From an uncultured Peptococcaceae bacterium (GTDB taxonomy: Bacteria > Bacillota > Dehalobacteriia > UBA4068 > UBA4997): a stretch of 64,000 bases of DNA. The notes below the pieces were generated by a model. That model made no database searches. It was given only the letters and a program-made list of their open reading frames with translations, and had not been told where the DNA came from. Of this stretch, positions 1-8,097 are shown piece by piece. Where the stretch lies: assembly GCA_937897635.1 (NCBI GenBank), contig CALCQI010000006.1, forward strand, positions 26,552 to 90,551, given 5' to 3'. A program made the translations under genes and the position numbers. Numbering within the stretch: the first letter of the stretch is position 1; each line of letters starts with the position of its first letter.

Positions 1-1406
1 ATTTTAATAGTAGCTTCCTTTACCTGCTCTAAACCAACAATCGGGGATACATGCAGCTCGGGGAAGGGAAGCTCTCTGCCGGTCACCAATTCATAAACTG
101 TACGCAAAGCAGCTTCCATAACACCGCCAGTTACGCCGAAAATATCGGCAGCACCCGTGGATAAACCTAAAGGATTATCAAAGTTCATTTCTTCCAAGTT
201 AACAAAATCTATACCGTTTTGCTTAATCATTTTGGCAAGTTCACGGGTAGTCAAAACCGCGTCAACATTGGGTACACCGTCGTTCATCATTTCGGGGCGG
301 GTAACCTCAAATTTTTTGGCAGTACAGGGCATAACGGAAACTACATAAATATCCTTGGGGTCCACACCAATCTTTTTGGCATAGAAGGATTTTATAAGAG
401 CGCCCAACATCATGTGTGGTGATTTACAGGTAGATAAGTGGTCAAGTTCATCAGGAAAAGTATGCTCAACATATTTTATCCAACCGGGGCTGCAGGAAGT
501 TATCATAGGCAAGGTAGCTTCGCCGCCTGTTAAGGCTTTGGCTACACGACCCAAAAATTCCGTACCTTCTTCCAAAATGGTCAAGTCAGCCGCAAAGTTG
601 GTATCAAATACATCATCAAAACCAAGTTCATGCAAAGCAGCAGCCATTTTGCCGGTAACACAGTGGCCTGCTTCCATACCAAATTCTTCGCCCAAGGCCG
701 CCCTTACTGCAGGAGCGGTTTGCACGATAACACGCTTATTCGGGTCTTCCAAGGCTTGCCATACCATATCTATGGCATCGGTTTCCTTCAAAGCACCTAC
801 AGGGCAAACAGCAGTGCATTGCCCGCAATAAGCACAATCCACACTGCCCAAGGGCAATTCCATGGCGGGGCTTATAACGGTATTAAAACCACGTTTTTGG
901 GAACTTATAGCGCCAACGCCCTGGATCTGGTTGCAGGCAGTAACACAACGACGGCATAAAATACATTTGGCCATATCACGCGTAATGGAAGGGGTAATTT
1001 CCACTTCACCTTTTTCATTATCACCGCCGAAACGAGCTTCCGTAACACCCAAAAGCTGGCCCATAGCCTGCATTTCACAATCCTGATTGCGAGTACAGCT
1101 CAAGCAATCCTGCGGGTGATTGGAAAGCATCATTTCATAAAGCATTCTTCTGTGTTTTCTTACTTCACCGCTATTGGTGTGTACTTTCATACCCTCCCAA
1201 ACAGGAACCATGCAGCTGGCCTGTAAGTTACGAGAGCCTTCCACCTCTACAACGCAAAGACGGCAAGAACCGAATTTATGCACATTTTCCAAATAGCAAA
1301 GATGAGGTATGAATATATTATTTTGTTTGGCGGCTTCCAGTATGGTAGTACCTTCGAGCACCTGAACAGCCTTGCCGTTAATAGTAAGATTAATCATTTT
1401 AGTCAT
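1..1406 (-). CDS. hydA: [FeFe]-hydrogenase catalytic subunit (HydA/HndD type), N-terminal ~468 aa only; the C-terminus runs off the left edge
   Basis: Not in the ORF track because there is no stop in the window. My translation from ATG 1406 (RBS AGGAGG 1415-1420) reads MTKMINLTINGKAVQVLEGTT... It has an N-terminal 2Fe-2S fold, ferredoxin-type motifs CILCRRCVTAC and CAYCGQCTAVCP, and H-cluster motifs TSCSPGW and VMPCTAKKFE. Confidence 0.9.
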   Translation of the reverse strand, partial: MTKMINLTINGKAVQVLEGTTILEAAKQNNIFIPHLCYLENVHKFGSCRLCVVEVEGSRNLQASCMVPVWEGMKVHTNSGEVRKHRRMLYEMMLSNHPQDCLSCTRNQDCEMQAMGQLLGVTEARFGGDNEKGEVEITPSITRDMAKCILCRRCVTACNQIQGVGAISSQKRGFNTVISPAMELPLGSVDCAYCGQCTAVCPVGALKETDAIDMVWQALEDPNKRVIVQTAPAVRAALGEEFGMEAGHCVTGKMAAALHELGFDDVFDTNFAADLTILEEGTEFLGRVAKALTGGEATLPMITSCSPGWIKYVEHTFPDELDHLSTCKSPHMMLGALIKSFYAKKIGVDPKDIYVVSVMPCTAKKFEVTRPEMMNDGVPNVDAVLTTRELAKMIKQNGIDFVNLEEMNFDNPLGLSTGAADIFGVTGGVMEAALRTVYELVTGRELPFPELHVSPIVGLEQVKEATIK

Positions 1407-1411
1407 ATTCC

Positions 1412-4400
1412 CTACCTCCTATCACAGCGTAAGCAACGCATAGATTCAGCGATTGCATTAAGCTTATGGTAACCTTTCACAACTTCTTTATTACAATGTT
1501 TGCGTATTTCGGGAGCCATAACTTCCATGGGGAAGCGTTCATGCTCAACAATCTCATCTTCGTTATTGGGTGAAGGAATATCTATAACCCTGCCTTTGTT
1601 CAGCACACCTTTGCCGCCCAAATACAGGTCAATGGATACCGCGGCATTTTTACCGTCGGCAATAGCACGGATGGCAACATCGGAACCGCGAGCAACGTCG
1701 CCGCCTGCGAATACACCCTCCATAGATGTCATCAAGGTATCTCTATCGGTAATAAAGGTGCCCCATTCGGTTATGCTTACTTCATCTTTGTTAATGAAGG
1801 GGAAGTCGGAGAACTGGCTTACAGCGGGAATCACCATATCAACATCCAGGCTGTAAACTTTGCCTTCAATAAGCTTGGGTTTGCGGCGGCCATCACCACC
1901 GAAGCTAGCAAGCTCCATAACATTGCATTCAACACCTGTTACATGATCTTTGCCGTTGAATTTGGTGGGAGCAACCAGCTCAACTATCTTAATACCTTCC
2001 TCCATAGCGTCAATGATCTCACGCTTGTCGGCAGGCATATCCGCAATAGTGCGGCGATATAAAACAGTAACTTCCTCAGCGCCCATCCTTACAGCGGTAC
2101 GAGCAGCGTCTATAGCTGTATTACCACCGCCAATAACAGCAACCTTTTTGCCTATTACAACATCTTGGCCTAAGTTTACTTTACGCAAGAAATCCAAACC
2201 GTGGATAACGCCGGGCAATCCCTCGCCGGGTACGTTCACCTTACGGGATAACTGGGTACCTGTGGCAATATAAACCGCATCATGTTTTTTCCTTAATTCA
2301 TCAAAGCTAATATCACGGCCTACACCGGTATTTAAATGAATATTTACACCCTGCTGTTCAATAAGCTTAATTTCATGGCTTAAAACCGCATTAGGCAAAC
2401 GGTATTCGGGAATACCAAAGGCCAATACACCGCCTGCTACAGGCTGGCTTTCATAAACATGAACATCATAGCCCAAACGAGCCAAATAATAACCGCAGGA
2501 TAAGCCCGAGGGGCCTGCACCGATGATACCTACGGATTTACCGTTTTTGACATATACTATATCCTGTGTTGTATAAGGTTTTTCATTTTTGAAAGCATAA
2601 TCAGCCACAAAACGTTTCATATCCGCAATGGCTATAGCTTCATCCAACTGAGCCCTGCGGCACTTGCTTTCGCAAGGACGGGTGCAGATCCTGCCACAAA
2701 CAGCGGGGAAAGGATTTTCCTGCATAATCAGCTCATAAGCATCCTGGAAGCGGCCTTCTGCTACCAAGGCCATATAACCCGGTACGTTAACACTGGCGGG
2801 GCAAGCATTTTCGCAAGGAGAAATAAACATTTCGGAACAAACACCCGCATCACAATGTTTATATTTAATGTGATCCTCAAATTCATTACGGAAATAACGC
2901 AAGGTGCTCAAAACGGGGTTGGGTGCAGTTTGTCCTAAGCCGCACATAGCAGTTTGCTTGATGGTTGCGGAAAGATCTTCCAACAGCTCGATATCACCTT
3001 CCATACCTTGTCCGCGAGTCATCCTTTCCAAAGTTTCCAACATGCGTTTAGTACCAACACGGCAGGGCAGGCACTTACCGCAGGATTCGTCCTGAATAAA
3101 TTCCATAAAGTAACGAGCGGTATCCACCATACAAGTGTCTTCATTCATGACGATCAAACCACCCGAACCCATGATAGCGCCCAACTTGCTTAAGGACTCA
3201 TAATCCATGGGAGTGTTCAGGAAAGCTTTGGTGATGCAGCCACCCGAAGGGCCGCCTGTTTGAGCAGCCTTAAATTCTTTACCATCGGGAATGCCGCCGC
3301 CGATTTTATAAATGATATCACCCAAAATCATGCCCATGGGCACTTCAACTATACCTGCGTTCACAATATCGCCCGCCAAAGCGAATACTTTGGTGCCTTT
3401 ACTGGTTTCAGTACCCCACTGGGTGTACCAATCAGCGCCATTAAAAATTATAGCGGGGATATTGGCAAAAGTCTCCACATTGTTGATAATGGTAGGCTTG
3501 CCGAACAAGCCACGTTCAAAGGGGAAGGGTGGCTTTTGCTTGGGTTCGCCTCGTTCGCCTTCAATAGAAGCCATCAGCGAGGTTTCTTCACCACAAACAA
3601 AGGCACCTGCGCCAATACGGATTTCCAAATCAAAGCTGAAATCGCTGCCAAAAACATTGTTACCCAAAATACCGCGTGCGCGGGACTCTTCAATGGCCGC
3701 ACCCAAACGTTCAACCGCAATGGGATACTCAGCACGTACATATACATAACCCGTATCAGCACCTATGGCATAACCACCCAGCATCATACCTTCGATAATG
3801 CAGTGGGGGTCCCCCTCAAGCAAGCTCCTGTCCATAAAAGCACCGGGGTCACCTTCGTCAGCGTTACAAACTATATATTTTTGATCGCTTACCGCTTTCA
3901 TACCGGCTTCCCATTTTATACCTGTGGGAAAACCGCCGCCGCCACGGCCGCGCAAACCAGATTTTTTGATTTCTTCTACTACATCCGCTTGGCTTTTACT
4001 GTTCACTACATTGGCAATTGCAAAATAACCATCCTTGGCAATATAGGCGTCCATGGAAGAATAATCTATAGCGCCGCAATTCCTTAAGGCTATTTTTACC
4101 TGATCCTTAAAGAAGTTTATATCGCTCATTTTCGGTACATACTGCTTTAAAGCTTCATCATAAAAAGTATATTCTTTAATTATTTTACCCGCCACCAAAT
4201 GGGAATCCACTATTTCTGCCATTTTTTCAGGCGTTACATGGGTATAGAAAATTTCATCCGGCATGATCAAAAGCACAGGGCCTACCGCACAGGTGCCCAT
4301 GCAGCCTGTTTCAAGTATTGCAACTTCATCAGTCATACCAACTCTGGCCAAATTTTCCCTCAAGGCCTTTTGAGTTTCAGCACAGTTGGAGGAAACACAA

Positions 4401-4507
4401 CCGGCACCGCCGCAAACCAAAACCTGGTACTTAAAGCCTTCCATCTTGGCTTGATATTCGCTTTTTATTTTCTGCAAATCTTGAATATTGTTAATATGTT
4501 CTGCCAT
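1412..4507 (-). CDS. hydB: HydB/NuoF-type NADH-FMN Fe-S flavoprotein fused at its C-terminus to a GltD/NfnB-like FAD/NADPH oxidoreductase module
   Basis: N-terminal thioredoxin-like 2Fe-2S (CGGAGC...CMGTC). NuoF motifs GLRGRGGGGFPTG and ESCGKCLPCRVG. These are followed by CENACP...CGRICTRPCESKC, GIIGAGPSGLSCG and VIGGGNTAIDAA. I moved the start to ATG 4507 (GGAGGTG RBS 8 nt upstream) rather than the track start at 4555. Confidence 0.88.
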   Translation of the reverse strand: MAEHINNIQDLQKIKSEYQAKMEGFKYQVLVCGGAGCVSSNCAETQKALRENLARVGMTDEVAILETGCMGTCAVGPVLLIMPDEIFYTHVTPEKMAEIVDSHLVAGKIIKEYTFYDEALKQYVPKMSDINFFKDQVKIALRNCGAIDYSSMDAYIAKDGYFAIANVVNSKSQADVVEEIKKSGLRGRGGGGFPTGIKWEAGMKAVSDQKYIVCNADEGDPGAFMDRSLLEGDPHCIIEGMMLGGYAIGADTGYVYVRAEYPIAVERLGAAIEESRARGILGNNVFGSDFSFDLEIRIGAGAFVCGEETSLMASIEGERGEPKQKPPFPFERGLFGKPTIINNVETFANIPAIIFNGADWYTQWGTETSKGTKVFALAGDIVNAGIVEVPMGMILGDIIYKIGGGIPDGKEFKAAQTGGPSGGCITKAFLNTPMDYESLSKLGAIMGSGGLIVMNEDTCMVDTARYFMEFIQDESCGKCLPCRVGTKRMLETLERMTRGQGMEGDIELLEDLSATIKQTAMCGLGQTAPNPVLSTLRYFRNEFEDHIKYKHCDAGVCSEMFISPCENACPASVNVPGYMALVAEGRFQDAYELIMQENPFPAVCGRICTRPCESKCRRAQLDEAIAIADMKRFVADYAFKNEKPYTTQDIVYVKNGKSVGIIGAGPSGLSCGYYLARLGYDVHVYESQPVAGGVLAFGIPEYRLPNAVLSHEIKLIEQQGVNIHLNTGVGRDISFDELRKKHDAVYIATGTQLSRKVNVPGEGLPGVIHGLDFLRKVNLGQDVVIGKKVAVIGGGNTAIDAARTAVRMGAEEVTVLYRRTIADMPADKREIIDAMEEGIKIVELVAPTKFNGKDHVTGVECNVMELASFGGDGRRKPKLIEGKVYSLDVDMVIPAVSQFSDFPFINKDEVSITEWGTFITDRDTLMTSMEGVFAGGDVARGSDVAIRAIADGKNAAVSIDLYLGGKGVLNKGRVIDIPSPNNEDEIVEHERFPMEVMAPEIRKHCNKEVVKGYHKLNAIAESMRCLRCDRR

Positions 4508-4526
4508 TTGTATGTTCACCTCCGCC

Positions 4527-5033
4527 TTAATCTTTGTATTTTGCCAAAATGGCATTCAATTTGTCAGGATTCACTTGTTTGTATACCACATCATCTATCA
4601 TCATAGCAGGAGCCAAACCGCAGGCGCCAATGCAGCGAGCAACCTCAAAGGTAAACTGTCTGTCCGCTGTGGTATCACCAACCTTTATATCCAGGATATC
4701 ACATAACCTATCAACCAATTTTTTACCGCCGCGTACATAGCAAGCAGTACCAAGGCAAACACGAATGGTGTGTTTACCACGGGGCTGGGTGGAAAAGAAT
4801 GAGTAAAAGCTTACTACGCCGGAAACCTCGCTTACAGGCTTGCCCAAACCGTCGGCCACCAGTTTTTGCACTTCCAAAGGCAAATAACCATATATGTTCT
4901 GAGCCTGGTGCAGCACTTGAATCAGGCTGCCCTCCTTATTTTTGTAATGCTCGATTACCTCGTTGATTTTAGCAATCAATTCTGCTTGATTTTCTTCCTC
5001 GCAGCAGCAGCAAATAGACTTTTCTTCCTTCAT
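4527..5033 (-). CDS. hydC: NuoE/HydC-type thioredoxin-like [2Fe-2S] subunit
   Basis: Motifs CLGTACYVRGG...ARCIGACGLAPAMMIDD. It is the first gene of the hydCBA operon. Confidence 0.85.
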   Translation of the reverse strand: MKEEKSICCCCEEENQAELIAKINEVIEHYKNKEGSLIQVLHQAQNIYGYLPLEVQKLVADGLGKPVSEVSGVVSFYSFFSTQPRGKHTIRVCLGTACYVRGGKKLVDRLCDILDIKVGDTTADRQFTFEVARCIGACGLAPAMMIDDVVYKQVNPDKLNAILAKYKD

Positions 5034-5805
5034 GATAAACCTCCTATCTTAATTTAATATTTTCAGTTATTATAAAAAACCATACAGACATACTGTACAA
5101 AGCATAACCGAACAGGCCCTTAAAGTATTTATAAACATTATACAGCCCAACTGGACAGAATACCAGTATTATTGTGAAATTTTCAGAATAATTGCAACAA
5201 CTAGACAAATGAACCAATAAAAAAACGCCTTTTTTCTGCAATTATAGATAAATTTCGCACATCATGTTTCATTTTGCAATTATAGCACCAAGGTATTTGG
5301 GATACAATGTAAAAAACTCCTTTTATTCAGAATATTTTACAGTAATTTTTTACAAATTTCATATTTTAAAGCTCGTTTTATCCAAAAAGCATATATAAAA
5401 AACGTTTTTAGTGTATTTTTAGCCATGTAAGCAGCTCATTTGTTGAGATTTTTCAGAATCATCCTGCAATACACCAGCTTTATTATGTTGTTTTTGTAGT
5501 TATTACAAGTAGAAAAGCAAGCAAATAAGACAATCTATATTTTATAAATAGCAAGCAGTGGTATTGCACCATCATCTTTGAAGTATAGGTCATTTCATAA
5601 TTCACGCTCTGGGCAATTAGAAATTATAAAAATTTTGTTTTATTCTACCAAACATTATTAAATAAAAGCTTCTAGGTATGTTAAGATATAATTTTTATTT
5701 TTCTATTTATACTTGCTTAAAAGCTGTTTTAAACTGCTTAGAAAAATAACAGGAAATTGGCATTATATAGTAAAGTCAAGAAAAAAACCACTTATTCCCT
5801 TATTA

Positions 5806-5847
5806 TATATTGGGAATATAGGGAAAATTATCTATATTCCCAATATA
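5806..5847. repeat. Perfect 16-bp inverted repeat TATATTGGGAATATAG / CTATATTCCCAATATA with a 10-nt spacer
   Basis: Read directly: arms at 5806-5821 and 5832-5847. A third ATTCCC half-motif lies at 5794-5799. No U-tail follows on either strand. Confidence 0.8.
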
Positions 5848-5962
5848 GGCAAAACCGGTGGTGAAGCATTTGCTTAATATAATAATATATAATAATTAAA
5901 ATTTATGGCTTTGATTTAATTTAAAATTTTTGAGCTTAAAGATATTTTTATTAAAAAACATA

Positions 5963-5991
5963 TTGACATCGGCCTATACGTACTATAAAAT
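5963..5991 (+). promoter_or_regulatory. Sigma-A-type promoter of the arsR operon
   Basis: TTGACA (5963-5968), a 17-nt spacer, then TAAAAT (5986-5991). It lies about 40 nt upstream of the arsR ATG. Confidence 0.6.
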
Positions 5992-5992
5992 A

Positions 5993-6016
5993 ACATATAG
6001 ACAGTCATCTATATGT
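5993..6016. promoter_or_regulatory. Candidate ArsR operator (9-bp inverted repeat ACATATAGA-n6-TCTATATGT)
   Basis: A perfect palindrome immediately after the -10 element, overlapping the RBS region. This is the typical position for ArsR/SmtB autoregulation. Confidence 0.5.
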
Positions 6017-6029
6017 GGGAGGTTGCATT

Positions 6030-6353
6030 ATGTTTGAACAATACAAAGAAATTGCCGAAATCTGCAAAGCCCTTTCTGACTCTAACCGCCTGATGATCTT
6101 AGATATGCTTTCCGAAGGTGAGCTTTGCGCTTGTAAAATTTTAGAGAAGTTTCAAATCACCCAGCCCACCCTTTCCCACCACATGAAATCCTTGTGCCAA
6201 TGCGGCCTGGTTGAAAGCCATAAAGTAGGCAAATGGACGCATTACAATATAAATCAAGCTAAGTTTAAGGAATTTTACGCGGTTTTAATGGCTATGACTT
6301 CATTTAAACAGCCCCAAAAACCTGAAGGAGGTAATTGCAAATGCAAACCTTAA
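6030..6353 (+). CDS. ArsR/SmtB family metalloregulator
   Basis: Motif ELCACKILEKFQITQPTLSHHMKSLCQCGLV (CxC plus wHTH). Start set to ATG 6030, behind GGGAGG at 6017-6022. Confidence 0.85.
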   Translation: MFEQYKEIAEICKALSDSNRLMILDMLSEGELCACKILEKFQITQPTLSHHMKSLCQCGLVESHKVGKWTHYNINQAKFKEFYAVLMAMTSFKQPQKPEGGNCKCKP

Positions 6354-7354
6354 GTTTATTCTGGGATTTTTTCCAATATCAGTTTTTAGGTATGCAATGG
6401 CTGAACAAGCTGGTAGGTAAAATGCTTACTGCTTTTGGTATGTCTACAGATAGCCGCTTAACAGGCAGCCTGCAATTCTTTATTTACGATACTATAAAAA
6501 TATTTATTCTTTTGTGCAGCCTTATTTTTATTATTTCATATATCCAAAGCTATTTCCCACCCGAAAAAACCAAACAGATATTAGGCAAGTTCAAAGGCAT
6601 TTCAGCCAATATTTTAGGTGCGCTTTTGGGTACGGTAACACCTTTTTGCAGTTGCTCCTCTATCCCTTTGTTTATAGGCTTCAGCAGTGCGGGCGTACCT
6701 ATAGGCGTATCCTTTTCCTTCCTCATTTCCTCTCCTTTAGTAGATTTAGGAGCATTTATTCTTTTAACCAGCATATTCGGAGGCAAAATAGCTGTTGTTT
6801 ATGTGCTGGTTGGGCTTATTTTGGCTGTGTTCGGCGGCATGCTGATAGATAAATTAAAAATGAGTGACCAAATAGAGGATTATATCAAAAATATCCAAAA
6901 CAATATCGATATAACTCTGCCTGACCTAACTAAAAAAGATCGTGCCATATATGCCAAAACCCAGATGCAGCAAACCTTCAAAAAGGTATTCCCTTATGTG
7001 CTTATAGGTGTAGGCATTGGCTCCCTAATCCATAACTGGATACCGCAAAGCTTTGTGGAAAATGTTCTGGGCAGCGGCAACCCCTTTTCCGTACTTTTGG
7101 CAACCCTTATTGGTATGCCCATGTATGCAGATATTTTCGGCTCTATACCCATTGCGGAAGCACTTTATTATAAAGGTGCGGGATTAGGTACTATTTTATC
7201 CTTCATGATGGCCGTAACAGCACTTTCCCTGCCCTCGGTAATAATGCTCAGAAACGCCATCAAACCCAAACTTTTAGCTACCTTTGTAGCCATTGTAGGT
7301 ATTGGTATTATCATCATAGGCTACTTTTTTAACTTTACTCAATTTTTATTTTAA
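6341..7354 (+). CDS. Multi-pass permease of the DUF318/ArsP-like 'predicted permease' family
   Basis: Hydrophobic throughout, with a TPFCSCSSIPLF motif. It shows the classic pairing with ArsR and a small redox-active-disulfide protein. ATG 6341 follows GGAGG. Confidence 0.7.
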   Translation: MQTLSLFWDFFQYQFLGMQWLNKLVGKMLTAFGMSTDSRLTGSLQFFIYDTIKIFILLCSLIFIISYIQSYFPPEKTKQILGKFKGISANILGALLGTVTPFCSCSSIPLFIGFSSAGVPIGVSFSFLISSPLVDLGAFILLTSIFGGKIAVVYVLVGLILAVFGGMLIDKLKMSDQIEDYIKNIQNNIDITLPDLTKKDRAIYAKTQMQQTFKKVFPYVLIGVGIGSLIHNWIPQSFVENVLGSGNPFSVLLATLIGMPMYADIFGSIPIAEALYYKGAGLGTILSFMMAVTALSLPSVIMLRNAIKPKLLATFVAIVGIGIIIIGYFFNFTQFLF

Positions 7355-7382
7355 GTTTTTATTTTAAGGAGGTAATATTAAA

Positions 7383-7619
7383 ATGATGGAAATCAAAATA
7401 CTTGGTTCAGGCTGTAAAAAATGCCAAGAAACCAAAGCAGTAGTGGATAAGGTAATTGCCGAACTTGGCTGTGAAGCCAATATTGAAAAGGTAGAGGATT
7501 TTGCTAAAATCGCTTCTTACGGTGTAATGCAAACACCTGCTGTAGTAGTTAACGGCAAGGTAAAAATAGTTGGCAAAGTACCCACTCCTGCCGAAGTAAT
7601 GAGTGTACTTGAACCCTAA
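7383..7619 (+). CDS. Small thioredoxin-fold protein ('redox-active disulfide protein 2' type)
   Basis: 78 aa, beginning MEIKILGSGCKKCQ (CxxC near the N-terminus). Strong AAGGAGG RBS. Confidence 0.75.
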   Translation: MMEIKILGSGCKKCQETKAVVDKVIAELGCEANIEKVEDFAKIASYGVMQTPAVVVNGKVKIVGKVPTPAEVMSVLEP

Positions 7620-7655
7620 AAACAAACCTAAAAAATGCTAAAGGAGGCTGTTTTT

Positions 7656-7979
7656 ATGAGAATGCTTGCAGAATTTTTCCCTGAATTTGCGGAAAAACTG
7701 GATGAGCTGGATACCCTTTATAACGAAAAACGCCTGATCGATGAAAAAACTTACCAATTTATTTGTTTTGCCCTTTCCATAAAGGGCCGCTCTAAACCTT
7801 GCGTACTCAAGCATTTTAAAGGTGCTTTAGAAGCAGGCGCCACAGTGGAAGAACTAACTTATATTTTGGCACTCACCATGCGTGAAGCCGCAGGCGCCGA
7901 TGATTGCTGGACTCATGATGTAATAGGTAATTGGCAGGAAATAATCAAAGGTAATATCAGCTGCAATTGCCAAAAATAA
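7656..7979 (+). CDS. AhpD/carboxymuconolactone-decarboxylase-like small protein (ArsS-associated peroxidase-like type)
   Basis: CMD-fold-like sequence (LIDEKTYQFICFALSIKGRSKPCVLKHFKGALEAGATVEEL). It is convergent with an ArsS-like gene. Start at ATG 7656 behind AAAGGAGG. Confidence 0.55.
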   Translation: MRMLAEFFPEFAEKLDELDTLYNEKRLIDEKTYQFICFALSIKGRSKPCVLKHFKGALEAGATVEELTYILALTMREAAGADDCWTHDVIGNWQEIIKGNISCNCQK

Positions 7980-8024
7980 TAATACTTTAATTTTTATAAA
8001 GCTTGGTCTTTTATTTAAACAACC

Positions 8025-8052
8025 AAAAAGTGCGGTATATACCGCACTTTTT
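8025..8052. terminator. Bidirectional rho-independent terminator
   Basis: AAAAA-GTGCGGT-atat-ACCGCAC-TTTTT, lying between convergent genes. Confidence 0.8.
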
Positions 8053-8097
8053 GGCTTTTTATAGTTGTTTATATATATTATCAAAAGCTAAACGGCT

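Noticed and set aside
157-1086. Five plus-strand ORFs (63-139 aa) from the ORF track at the left edge
   Set aside because: They lie antisense to, and entirely within, a continuous minus-strand frame that encodes an unmistakable [FeFe]-hydrogenase. They lack RBSs and have low-complexity, shadow-ORF composition. The same reasoning applies to the many antisense ORFs inside hydB, the SLH gene, nrdJ, the atp genes and others.
5172-5189. Rex operator (TTGTGAA-n-TTCACAA) upstream of the hyd operon
   Set aside because: TTGTGAAATTTTCAGAA has one good half-site. The second half fits (6/7) only with a 3-nt rather than 4-nt spacer, so the match is off-register. That is too weak to call in AT-rich DNA.
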